Below, piece by piece: positions 9,985 to 19,465 of a DNA stretch of 64,000 nucleotides (position 1 is the first letter of the stretch; every line of letters begins with the position of its first letter). The stretch is from assembly GCA_965140705.1 (NCBI GenBank), contig OZ223302.1:646560-710559 (forward strand), in the 5' to 3' direction. The notes beneath the pieces are model-generated. The model searched no databases and was not told the origin of the DNA. It saw only the letters and a program-made list of their open reading frames with translations. Made by a program: the position numbers and the translations under genes. The DNA comes from an uncultured Arcobacter sp. (GTDB lineage: Bacteria; Campylobacterota; Campylobacteria; Campylobacterales; Arcobacteraceae).

Positions 9985-12102
9985 ATGAAAATTTTTATTA
10001 AGCATAAGATATTATTCTTTTTTATCTCTTTTATATTATTAAGCTTTTGCTATTTAAATTTTAATAAAATAACTAGTAATTTTGATGAAAAAATTAGAGA
10101 AATATTTTTTGAAATAAGAGGAGAAATTCCTACTACAAATAAGGTAGTAATAATCGATATTGATGAAAAATCTATAAATGCACTTGGACAATGGCCTTTT
10201 AGTAGAGATTATATGGCTCAAGTTTTAGCAAATCTTACAAATGCAGGTGTTGGAATTATAGGTGTTGATATTATATTTTCAGAATCAGATAGAAATTCCC
10301 CTTCTTATATGGCAAAAAAACTAAACGTACAAGGTGAATTTAGAAATAATGACCAACTTTTAGCCGCTGTTATTTCCCAAACACCTACAGTTTTAGGATA
10401 TTATTTTACAAAAGATTTATCAAAAAATTCCAAGCCAATTCCTGTTACAAAATTCACTCCTAATTCATCACCTCATCTTTTAAATTTTAAAAATGTAGTT
10501 ACAAATATTTCGCCCATACAAGAAAGTGCTTATTCTTCTGGCTTTTTTAATGCTTTTAATGACCAACAAGGGAAGATTATTAAAATGCCATTATTATTAC
10601 AATATAAAAACAGAGTCTATCCCTCTTTAGTTTTTGAAATGATTAATATTGCAAGTAATACACAAAATGTAAAAATAGTTCAAGATAATTATGCTATTTC
10701 TGGTGTAAAACTTTCAAATATTAATATACCAACAGATAAAAATGGTTTTATGAGAATAAATTTTAGGGGTGCAAAAAAGAGTTTTAAATATATCTCTTTT
10801 TTAGATATTTTAAATGGTAACTTTAACCCAAAAGATGTAAATGGAAAATTTGTTTTAATAGGAAGTTCTATTACTACTTTAGCAGATTTACGTTCAACAG
10901 TATATGATTTAGCCCTACCAGGAGTTGAGATACATGCAAATATGATTGACAATATCTTAAAAGGTGATTTTTTATATGAACCAACATTTGGAAAAGCCAT
11001 TGATATTTTAATTATATTTCTTTTAACTGTAGTTTTAGGCACACTTTTACTTTTTCTTTCATCTACTAATATTATAATTGTTATTCTTTTATTATCTACT
11101 ATTCTTTATTCAAGCTATTATTATTTGCTCTTCTCTCAAGGTCTTATTTTAAATCTTTTTTACCCAATAGTCTCAATTATTCTAACAAGCCTAAGTGCTT
11201 TTTATATCAACTATCAAAAAGAGCAAAAGCAAAAAGAGTTTATAAAAGATAAATTTGCAAAAAAAGTTTCATTAGAAGTTGCTAATGACCTATTATCAAA
11301 TGATAATAATGATTTTAAAGCTAAAGAACAAGAACTAACAATATTCTTTAGTGATATAAGAGGCTTTACAAATATCTCTGAAGAGTTTGAGTCTCCACAA
11401 AAACTAATTGAAGTACTTAATAAATATTTTGAACCAATGAGTGAGGTTATTATTCAAAACCATGGAACAATCGATAAGTTTATAGGTGATGCAATTATGG
11501 CATACTGGAATGCTCCATGTGATGTGGAAGACCATGCAGATAAGGCTCTACAAAGTGCAATAAGTCAACTTAAAAAATTAGAAGAACTCAATAGAGAGCT
11601 TAAAAAAGATTTTAATTTATCTATTCAAATAGGTATAGGAATTCATACAGGAATTGCTGTTGTTGGAGAGATGGGTTCATCGGGAAGAAGTGATTATACC
11701 ATTATTGGTGATAATGTAAATTTAACATCAAGAATTGAAAATCTTAGTAAATATTTTGGAGTAGAACTATTAATAAGTGAATCTACAAAAATATCATTAA
11801 AAGATAATTATCATTTGAAATATTTAGCAAGTGTTATAGTAAAAGGTAAAAGTACTTCAATAAAACTCTATCAAGTAGTGTTAGATAAAGATTATGAAGA
11901 GTTTCAAGATATCCAAGAAGATTATGAAAAAGCTATTAAACACTACCAAAATAAAAACTTCACAGCTAGTAAAAATATTTTTGAAGAGATTGAAAATACT
12001 CATCCTTCAAAAATAAATAGGATTTATATAAATAGATGTAAAGAACATATAAGCTCAAAAGAAAACAACATAGTTTTAGATTTTGTCATGGAAGAAAAAT
12101 AA
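9985..12102 (+). CDS. CHASE2-domain class III adenylate/guanylate cyclase
   Basis: CHASE2 motifs IDIDE, GQWPFSR and PGVEIHAN; TM helices; catalytic motifs FSDIRGFT, DKFIGD and GDNVNLTSRIE. Confidence 0.92.
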   Translation: MKIFIKHKILFFFISFILLSFCYLNFNKITSNFDEKIREIFFEIRGEIPTTNKVVIIDIDEKSINALGQWPFSRDYMAQVLANLTNAGVGIIGVDIIFSESDRNSPSYMAKKLNVQGEFRNNDQLLAAVISQTPTVLGYYFTKDLSKNSKPIPVTKFTPNSSPHLLNFKNVVTNISPIQESAYSSGFFNAFNDQQGKIIKMPLLLQYKNRVYPSLVFEMINIASNTQNVKIVQDNYAISGVKLSNINIPTDKNGFMRINFRGAKKSFKYISFLDILNGNFNPKDVNGKFVLIGSSITTLADLRSTVYDLALPGVEIHANMIDNILKGDFLYEPTFGKAIDILIIFLLTVVLGTLLLFLSSTNIIIVILLLSTILYSSYYYLLFSQGLILNLFYPIVSIILTSLSAFYINYQKEQKQKEFIKDKFAKKVSLEVANDLLSNDNNDFKAKEQELTIFFSDIRGFTNISEEFESPQKLIEVLNKYFEPMSEVIIQNHGTIDKFIGDAIMAYWNAPCDVEDHADKALQSAISQLKKLEELNRELKKDFNLSIQIGIGIHTGIAVVGEMGSSGRSDYTIIGDNVNLTSRIENLSKYFGVELLISESTKISLKDNYHLKYLASVIVKGKSTSIKLYQVVLDKDYEEFQDIQEDYEKAIKHYQNKNFTASKNIFEEIENTHPSKINRIYINRCKEHISSKENNIVLDFVMEEK

Positions 12103-13241
12103 AAGTTCTTACAAATTAATTTATTTTTATCACAAAAATCTTCAAAACTATTTTTTATATCTTTATTCTCCATAAAGCTAAGAGATTTTTGAGAATAGCT
12201 TTTATATAAATCTTTATTTTCATAAAGCATTTTTATACTATTTATCCACTCATTTTCATCATTTATATCCAAAATAAAACCACTTTTTGAATTTTTTACA
12301 ATCTCTTTTGGTCCCCCTTTATTTGTGACAATCACAGGAAGAGAAGAACTCATAGCCTCCATAACAACTTGCCCTAAAGTATCTGTAGTAGAGGGGAAAA
12401 TAAAAACATCAGAACTAGCATATATATGTGATAACTCTTTTCCTAATTTCATTCCTAAAAAATAGATATTAAACTTTTTTAACTCTTCTTTATACTTTAA
12501 AAAATGTCCATTTCCTACGATGATTAAATCAATATTCAAGTTTAAAGAATATACTTTTTTAAAAAGTTCAATCAAAAACTCTATATTTTTCTCTTTTGTC
12601 GCTCTTCCCACATATAAAAACTTCATACTATTTACTCTTATTTTATAATCATTCCAGATATTAATATCTCTAAAAGATGGAGAAAAACTTTTGGTATTAA
12701 TACCTGCATTTAAAATATATATTTTTGATTCATCTATTTTCAAATCATTCATCACTATACTTTTATACTCTTGGGTTCTAACAAATATCGCTTCAAAGTT
12801 ACTATAAAAAAATCTTAAATAGCATTTTGAAATATATCTAAAGATTTTTAAATTTGTATTTTTATAGATGTATGCTGGAAAGTCCGTATGATATATCCCA
12901 GCTTTTGGTATTTTGTAAATCCTAGTTAATATTGAACCTATTATTCCAACAGGACCAGGAGTAGAGATATGTACTAAAGTAGGAGAGAGTTTTTTTAATA
13001 ATTTTGACATTTTAAATGGATTTGGAAATACTAAATCTAACTCTTTATAAAAAGGCATAGGGATTCTAAAAAAAGGTTTTATATTATAAATAGATTTTTT
13101 TTGTGAGAAAGCACTCTTTTTAGTAGATGTTATTATTTTAAATTCATCTTTTGATATATCTGCAAAATCATTTAAAAATCTAGATACTCCATTTAAGTCA
13201 TAAACTGTATCGCTAAATAAAACTATATTTACATTATTCAT
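12024..13241 (-). CDS. GT4 glycosyltransferase, candidate diacylglycerol glycosyltransferase
   Basis: DT...NGVS, HISTPGPVG, YHTDFP, YVGR..KEKN, FPSTTDTLGQVVMEAM. Confidence 0.85.
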   Translation of the reverse strand: MNNVNIVLFSDTVYDLNGVSRFLNDFADISKDEFKIITSTKKSAFSQKKSIYNIKPFFRIPMPFYKELDLVFPNPFKMSKLLKKLSPTLVHISTPGPVGIIGSILTRIYKIPKAGIYHTDFPAYIYKNTNLKIFRYISKCYLRFFYSNFEAIFVRTQEYKSIVMNDLKIDESKIYILNAGINTKSFSPSFRDINIWNDYKIRVNSMKFLYVGRATKEKNIEFLIELFKKVYSLNLNIDLIIVGNGHFLKYKEELKKFNIYFLGMKLGKELSHIYASSDVFIFPSTTDTLGQVVMEAMSSSLPVIVTNKGGPKEIVKNSKSGFILDINDENEWINSIKMLYENKDLYKSYSQKSLSFMENKDIKNSFEDFCDKNKLICKNFYFSSMTKSKTMLFSFELICSLHLFI

Positions 13242-13323
13242 TTAAATATACTATCAAGTAATGGTTACAAAAATATTACTAAAATGATGCCATAATGTAA
13301 CCATATATAATTAAAATCTATTT

Positions 13324-14052
13324 ATGAAATACAAATCAATATTTATATCAGATGTACATTTAGGTACAAGATTTTCTCAAGCAGAAAAGTTAATTGACTT
13401 CTTAAAAGATAATGAAAGTGAAAATCTTTTTTTAGTGGGTGATATTATTGATGGGTGGTCAATAAGAAGAAAATTTGTTTGGCCACAAGCCCACTCTGAT
13501 GTTATACAAAAAGTTCTAAGAAAGGCTAGAAAAGGAACAAATGTATACCTTATAACTGGTAATCACGATGAATTTTTAAGACCTTTTGTTCCTCTTGTTT
13601 TAGGAGATAATTTAGAAGTTTCCAATGAATTTGAGTATATCTCTGTTAAGGGAAAAAGTTATTATGTTACCCATGGTGATTTTTTTGATTCTATTACTAT
13701 GACAAAAAAATGGTTAGCTATTTTGGGAGATTATGGATATGATTTTTTACTTTATATAAACTTTATATTAAATAAAATAAGAAAAACATTTAAAATTAAT
13801 TCAAAATGGTCACTATCAAAATATATAAAAGATAATGTAAAAAGTTCTGTTAATTTTATAAATGATTTTGAAAAAGTTCTGACTAACCATGCAAAACACA
13901 AAGGTTATGATGGTATCATTTGTGGACATATTCATAAAGCAGAACAAAGAGATATAGAAGGAATTGAATATAAAAACTGTGGTGATTGGGTAGAATCATG
14001 CACTGCACTGGTGGAGACTTATGAAGGTAAATTTGAAATTATTACTTGGTAA
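13324..14052 (+). CDS. Metallophosphoesterase, PlcP/LpxH2-type phospholipase C
   Basis: ISDVHLG, GDIIDGW, WPQAHSDVIQKVLRKARKG, GNHDEFLR, HGD, CGHIH, NCGDWVESCTA. Confidence 0.85.
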   Translation: MKYKSIFISDVHLGTRFSQAEKLIDFLKDNESENLFLVGDIIDGWSIRRKFVWPQAHSDVIQKVLRKARKGTNVYLITGNHDEFLRPFVPLVLGDNLEVSNEFEYISVKGKSYYVTHGDFFDSITMTKKWLAILGDYGYDFLLYINFILNKIRKTFKINSKWSLSKYIKDNVKSSVNFINDFEKVLTNHAKHKGYDGIICGHIHKAEQRDIEGIEYKNCGDWVESCTALVETYEGKFEIITW

Positions 14053-14057
14053 AAAAC

Positions 14058-14813
14058 ATGACTAAATTTGCACTTTGCTTAAGTGGTGGAGCAGCAAGGG
14101 GTGCTTTTCATTTGGGTGCACTAGCTTTTTTTGATGAACATAATATCAAATTTGAGGCTTTTAGTGGAAGCTCAATTGGCTCAATTATTGTATCTTCATA
14201 TGCAAGTGGAGTCTCTCCTTTAGAACAATTAAAAATATTCAAATCAAAAGAGATAAAAAAATGCATAAAATTTAATCCATATTTAAATGGTTTACTGAAA
14301 ATTGACATAACAAACCCTTTGATAAAAGAGCTATTACCAATAGCAAAAATAGAAGATGTGCCAAAACCTTTATATATTTGTGTTTATGATTATAAAAATA
14401 AAGAGTTGGTCTATTATAATAAAGGTGATGTGATTAACTTATGTATAGCTTCTTCTGCTTTAATTCCACTATTTAAGCCTTTAAAATTTGAAAATAGAAA
14501 ATTATTTGATGGAGGATTATTAAATAATATACCAATTGAGCCACTACTAAATAAAAACTATAAAATATGTGCCCTTGATCTTCTCCCTAGAAAAGAGAGA
14601 ACTCTACGAAAAAATTACAACCCAATAAATCTAGTAAAAAAAAGAATATTTAAAACTTGGCACCAAAATATTGACTATGCAATAAAGCATACAGATATTT
14701 ATATTACAAGCAATAAATTAAGAGATACAAAGATGTTTACTTTTGATGGTTTGGATGAACTTTTTAAGCTAGGGTATAAAGAAGCAAGTAATCATATAAA
14801 TTCATTTAACTAA
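14058..14813 (+). CDS. Patatin-like phospholipase
   Basis: GGAARG, GSSIG and DGG motifs. Confidence 0.9.
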   Translation: MTKFALCLSGGAARGAFHLGALAFFDEHNIKFEAFSGSSIGSIIVSSYASGVSPLEQLKIFKSKEIKKCIKFNPYLNGLLKIDITNPLIKELLPIAKIEDVPKPLYICVYDYKNKELVYYNKGDVINLCIASSALIPLFKPLKFENRKLFDGGLLNNIPIEPLLNKNYKICALDLLPRKERTLRKNYNPINLVKKRIFKTWHQNIDYAIKHTDIYITSNKLRDTKMFTFDGLDELFKLGYKEASNHINSFN

Positions 14814-14864
14814 TAGATTCTTTAAGATATAATCGCCTAATAAATATCCAAGAAAAGAATTATT

Positions 14865-17800
14865 ATGTCACAAATACCTGAATTCACACACTTACACTTA
14901 CATACAGAATATTCGCTCTTAGATGGTGCTAATAAAATCAAAGAGTTAGCAAAAAAAGTCAAAGCTTTAGGAATGAAAAGTGTTGCTATGACAGACCATG
15001 GTAATATGTTTGGAGCTATTGATTTTTATAAGGCTATGAGAGCTGAAGGCATTAAACCAATTATTGGTATGGAAGCTTACATTCATAACTCGGAAGAGTT
15101 AGATGATAAATCCCATAGAAAAAGATTTCACTTATGTTTATATGCAAAAAATGAAAAAGGTTACAAAAACTTAATGTTTTTAACTTCTCAAGCTTATATG
15201 CATGGATTTTATTACTATCCAAGAATTAACAAAAAAATACTAAGAGAAAACAGTGAAGGTCTTGTATGTAGTGCAGCTTGTTTACAAGGTGAAGTAAACT
15301 GGCATCTTAATACTCAAAGTGAGAGAAATGTAAAAAATGGGGCAAAAGGGTATGAAGAAGCAAAAAGAATTGCTTTGGAGTATAAAGAGATATTTGGAGA
15401 TGATTTTTATCTAGAAATTATGAGACATGGTATTTCTGATCAACACTTTATAGATGACCAAATTTTAAGAATATCAAGAGAAACAGGTATAAAAGTTGTT
15501 GCTACAAATGATACTCACTACTTAAAGCAAAAAGATGCCCAAGCACATGAAGCTTTTATGTGTATTGCCATGAATAAACTTTATGATGATCCAAATAGAC
15601 TAAGACATAGTGTTCATGAGTTTTATTTAAAATCATCAGAACAAATCTCAAAACTATATGCAGATATTCCAGAAACAATAGCTGCAACGCAAGAGATAGT
15701 TGATAAATGTAACTTAGAGATAAAACTAGGAGATCCAACTCCTCCAAACTTTAAATTTACAAGGGAAAAATCATTTGAACAAGGCTTGACTCTACCAGAA
15801 CCAGATAAAGAATACTCTTTAGAAAATGATAAAATTTTATTTGTACATGAATGTTGGAAAGGTTTAGAAAAAAGACTTGAAATAGTACCCCAAGAGAGAC
15901 ATCAAGAGTATAAAGATAGATTACAAGTCGAAATAGACATTATCAATAGTATGAAGTTCCCTGGATATATGCTTATCGTTTGGGATTTCGTAATTGCCGC
16001 AAAACAAATGAGAATACCAGTTGGTCCAGGAAGGGGTTCTGCTGCTGGAAGTTTAGTTGCTTTTTCCCTTGCTATTACGGATATTGACCCATTACCTTAT
16101 GGTTTACTTTTTGAGAGATTTCTAAATCCAGAAAGGGTATCGATGCCAGATATTGATATGGATTTCTGTCAAGCTAGACGTCAAGAGATTCTTGATTATG
16201 TAATTGAAAAATATGGAAGAGCCAATGTTGCCCAAATCATTACCTTTGGTAAATTACTTGCAAAAGGGGTTATTAGAGATGTTGCTAGAGTTCTTGATAT
16301 GCCCTATGCTCAAGCTGATGCAATGGCAAAACTTATTCCAGATGAACTTGGGATTAACTTAACATCTTCATACGAAAAAGAACCAAAGATAAAAGAACTT
16401 TGCGATTCAAATCCTCAAGCAAAAAGAGTTTGGGATTTTGCACTAGCCCTTGAAGGACTAAATAGAAATGCTGGAACTCACGCAGCGGGAGTTGTTATTT
16501 CAAATGAACCTCTTTGGAATAAAACACCCCTATTTAAACCTTCAGGAATGGAAACCCTAGCTACCCAATACAACGGTAAATATGTAGAAGATGTGGATTT
16601 GATTAAATTCGACTTCTTGGGTTTAAAGACCCTAACTGTTATTGAAGAAGCAAATAAACTAATAGAGCAAAGACATGGAAAAAGAGTAAATTTCTTAACC
16701 GTGGATGTAAATGATAAGGGTGTTTACGACTTAATTCAAACAGGAAATACAATTGGATTATTCCAAATAGAGTCAGATGGTATGCAAGATTTATGTAAAA
16801 GATTAAAACCATCAAACTTTGAGGATATTATCGCCGTTCTTGCTCTTTATAGACCAGGTCCAATGGAGTCTGGGATGCTTGATGACTTTATCGATAGAAA
16901 ACATGGTCGAGCTGAAATCAACTACTTCTATGATGAATTTGATGCACCTTTAAGACCAATACTTGAAACAACCTATGGGGTTATCGTTTACCAAGAGCAA
17001 GTTATGCAAATCGTACAAACAATTGGTGGATTTAGCCTTGGTGGTGCCGATTTAGTTAGACGGGCAATGGGTAAAAAGATTAAAGAAGAGATGGATAGAC
17101 TAAAAGGCGAGTTCGCTGAAGGTGGAGTGAAAAAAGGATATGTAAAAGAACATTGTGAAGAGCTATTCGATTTGATTGTAAAATTTGCTGGATATGGATT
17201 TAATAAATCTCACTCAGCAGCTTATGCACTTGTGACATTTTATACTTCTTATTTGAAAAAATATTATCCATCAGAATTTATGGCTGCACTTTTAACACTA
17301 GAAAAAGATAATACAGATAAAGTTGTAAAATATGTGGATGAAGTAAAAAGATTAAAACTAGACCTATTTCCACCAGATATTAATAAATCAGACCTTGTAT
17401 TTGCGCCTAAGAAAATTGATGGACAAGAAGTAGTAATGTTTGGAATGGGTGCCATTAAAGGTGCTGGAGACGTTGCTATTAAATCAATTTTAAAAGAGAG
17501 AAATGAAAATGGAAATTTTGAAGATTTTGCAGATTTTATTTCAAGAGTTGATGGAAGTAAAGTAAATAAAAGAGTATTTGAATCTTTAGCAAAAGCTGGT
17601 GGTTTTGATACCTTTGGATACTCAAGACGAGCAATTTTAGAACAAATTGAGACCATAAATGAAACTGTTGGAAAGGCAATGGCTGCTAAAAAAATGGCAA
17701 CAGGTTCACTTTTTGGAGATTCAAAAGAACTTACAAAAGTTGAAGTTCAATTAGAAAAATTTGAAGAGTATGAATTAAAAGAGTTATTAGAATTAGAAAA

Positions 17801-18407
17801 ACAATCTTTAGGATTTTATGTATCAGGACATCCCCTTGATGAGTATAGAGAACAATTAGATGGAATAAACTATACCCTATCTTCTGAAATAGAAGATTTA
17901 GGAGATGGAAGTGAAGCTCTTTTTATTGGAAAGATTGAAACTATTAATGAAAGAATCTCTAAAAAAGGTAATAAATTTGCAATTTTAAATCTTATGGATT
18001 TACATGGAAATATAGAATTAATGCTATTTGAAGATAGATTAAAAGAGTTAAGAGAAGATTTTGACTTAAGTGAACCTATTGCTTTTAAAGTGAGAATTTC
18101 AAAAGATGACCAATTTACTAGAATCAGTTTAAGAAAGATAGAGACCTTAAAAGAGGCAAAAAAAGAGAAAATTAAAAGAAAACAAAAAGAGATAGAAGAA
18201 CCACCAATAACAGTAGCAGTTAATTTTGCAGATGACGATAAAATCATGTATGACCTTTTTGAGATTATTGCACATAATCAAGGGAAAAGAGAGTTAAAAC
18301 TATTGGTAAAATCAAAACTAGCTGATATTGAACTTGATACTGGATTTAAAGTGACTTCAAATATAGAAGGACTAATAAAATCACTTGATGGAGTCTTTAT
18401 AGCATAA
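14865..18407 (+). CDS. dnaE: DNA polymerase III alpha subunit
   Basis: HLHLHTEYSLLDG, GRGSAAGS, PDIDMDF, KFDFLGL, GYGFNKSH; no intein. Confidence 0.98.
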   Translation: MSQIPEFTHLHLHTEYSLLDGANKIKELAKKVKALGMKSVAMTDHGNMFGAIDFYKAMRAEGIKPIIGMEAYIHNSEELDDKSHRKRFHLCLYAKNEKGYKNLMFLTSQAYMHGFYYYPRINKKILRENSEGLVCSAACLQGEVNWHLNTQSERNVKNGAKGYEEAKRIALEYKEIFGDDFYLEIMRHGISDQHFIDDQILRISRETGIKVVATNDTHYLKQKDAQAHEAFMCIAMNKLYDDPNRLRHSVHEFYLKSSEQISKLYADIPETIAATQEIVDKCNLEIKLGDPTPPNFKFTREKSFEQGLTLPEPDKEYSLENDKILFVHECWKGLEKRLEIVPQERHQEYKDRLQVEIDIINSMKFPGYMLIVWDFVIAAKQMRIPVGPGRGSAAGSLVAFSLAITDIDPLPYGLLFERFLNPERVSMPDIDMDFCQARRQEILDYVIEKYGRANVAQIITFGKLLAKGVIRDVARVLDMPYAQADAMAKLIPDELGINLTSSYEKEPKIKELCDSNPQAKRVWDFALALEGLNRNAGTHAAGVVISNEPLWNKTPLFKPSGMETLATQYNGKYVEDVDLIKFDFLGLKTLTVIEEANKLIEQRHGKRVNFLTVDVNDKGVYDLIQTGNTIGLFQIESDGMQDLCKRLKPSNFEDIIAVLALYRPGPMESGMLDDFIDRKHGRAEINYFYDEFDAPLRPILETTYGVIVYQEQVMQIVQTIGGFSLGGADLVRRAMGKKIKEEMDRLKGEFAEGGVKKGYVKEHCEELFDLIVKFAGYGFNKSHSAAYALVTFYTSYLKKYYPSEFMAALLTLEKDNTDKVVKYVDEVKRLKLDLFPPDINKSDLVFAPKKIDGQEVVMFGMGAIKGAGDVAIKSILKERNENGNFEDFADFISRVDGSKVNKRVFESLAKAGGFDTFGYSRRAILEQIETINETVGKAMAAKKMATGSLFGDSKELTKVEVQLEKFEEYELKELLELEKQSLGFYVSGHPLDEYREQLDGINYTLSSEIEDLGDGSEALFIGKIETINERISKKGNKFAILNLMDLHGNIELMLFEDRLKELREDFDLSEPIAFKVRISKDDQFTRISLRKIETLKEAKKEKIKRKQKEIEEPPITVAVNFADDDKIMYDLFEIIAHNQGKRELKLLVKSKLADIELDTGFKVTSNIEGLIKSLDGVFIA

Positions 18408-19195
18408 TGAAACAAATACTTTTAACAAATGATGATGGATTTGATGCAGTAGGATTAAAAGCTTTAATAGATGCCTTAAGTCCAATAGCAAAACTTACTG
18501 TTGTAGCTCCAGCTAAAAATAAATCTGCTTGTGGTCACTCTATGACCTTAGATAAACCACTAAGAATGATTAGTGTTGATGACGATTATTACAAAATTGA
18601 TGATGGTACACCAACTGATTGTGTTTTTATTTCACTAAATAATCTATTTAAAGAGGGGTATAAACCTGACTTAGTAGTTAGTGGAATAAATATTGGTTCA
18701 AATATGGGCGAAGATATCACATATAGTGGAACAGCTGCTGCTGCTATGGAAGCTACCTTACAAGGAATTCCAGCAATTGCTATATCACAAGTATTTAATG
18801 ACTTGCCAGGTGGTATAGATCCAAAAGAAGACTTTACTTTAGCAAAAAAAGCAATTTCTACAATTGTAAAAAAAATATTTAAAAAAGAGTTCCCTTTAGA
18901 AGATAGAAAATTTCTAAATATAAATATTCCTCCAATACATGAAGATGATTGTAAAGGTTTTAAAATAACAAAAGCTGGATATAGAATATATGGAAATGAT
19001 ACGCATAGACACCTTAATCCTAGAGGAGAAGAGTTTTATTGGATAGGGCTTCATCCTTTGATTTGGGAAGAAAGTGAAGAATTAGATTGTGATTTTGAAG
19101 CTATAAAAGCAAATTTTATCTCTATTTCGCCTATAATGTTAGATATGACTTCATACGATGACATAACAAATTTAAATGATTGGATAAAGGAATAA
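18407..19195 (+). CDS. surE: 5'/3'-nucleotidase SurE
   Basis: LTNDDG, GTPTDCV, SGINIGSN, YSGT. Confidence 0.96.
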   Translation: MKQILLTNDDGFDAVGLKALIDALSPIAKLTVVAPAKNKSACGHSMTLDKPLRMISVDDDYYKIDDGTPTDCVFISLNNLFKEGYKPDLVVSGINIGSNMGEDITYSGTAAAAMEATLQGIPAIAISQVFNDLPGGIDPKEDFTLAKKAISTIVKKIFKKEFPLEDRKFLNINIPPIHEDDCKGFKITKAGYRIYGNDTHRHLNPRGEEFYWIGLHPLIWEESEELDCDFEAIKANFISISPIMLDMTSYDDITNLNDWIKE

Positions 19196-19200
19196 CGTAA

Positions 19201-19461
19201 ATGAATTTTAAGAAGGCTCTAATCTGCAACATAGAAAAACTTGTTGGAGAATTAAAAGATGAAACAGAGTTAAAAGAAATTTTAAAAAGAAAATTTACAA
19301 AAAAAGAGTATAAAGTTTTTGTTGCTTCTGAAGAGGGACAAGATTTTGAACAAATTTGCGAATTAATTGATGAGAAGATAGACAGAGTTGAAGAACTTTA
19401 CAAATCTGCCATCAAAAAAATAAATCAAGAAAAAATTAAAAAAGAGCTAGTTGATTTATAA
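19201..19461 (+). CDS. Small hypothetical protein, possible sigma4/LuxR-like HTH
   Basis: RBS aaggaa; follows surE closely; pattern FTKKEYKVF...GQDFEQICELI...V...KSAIKKI. Confidence 0.55.
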   Translation: MNFKKALICNIEKLVGELKDETELKEILKRKFTKKEYKVFVASEEGQDFEQICELIDEKIDRVEELYKSAIKKINQEKIKKELVDL

Positions 19462-19465
19462 TATC

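Noticed and set aside
1827..18247. Short opposite-strand or alternate-frame ORFs overlapping core genes (e.g. 6427-7035, 17264-17656)
   Set aside because: Fully nested in well-supported genes and carry no motifs
14865..18407. Possible intein in dnaE
   Set aside because: Normal length and continuous motifs
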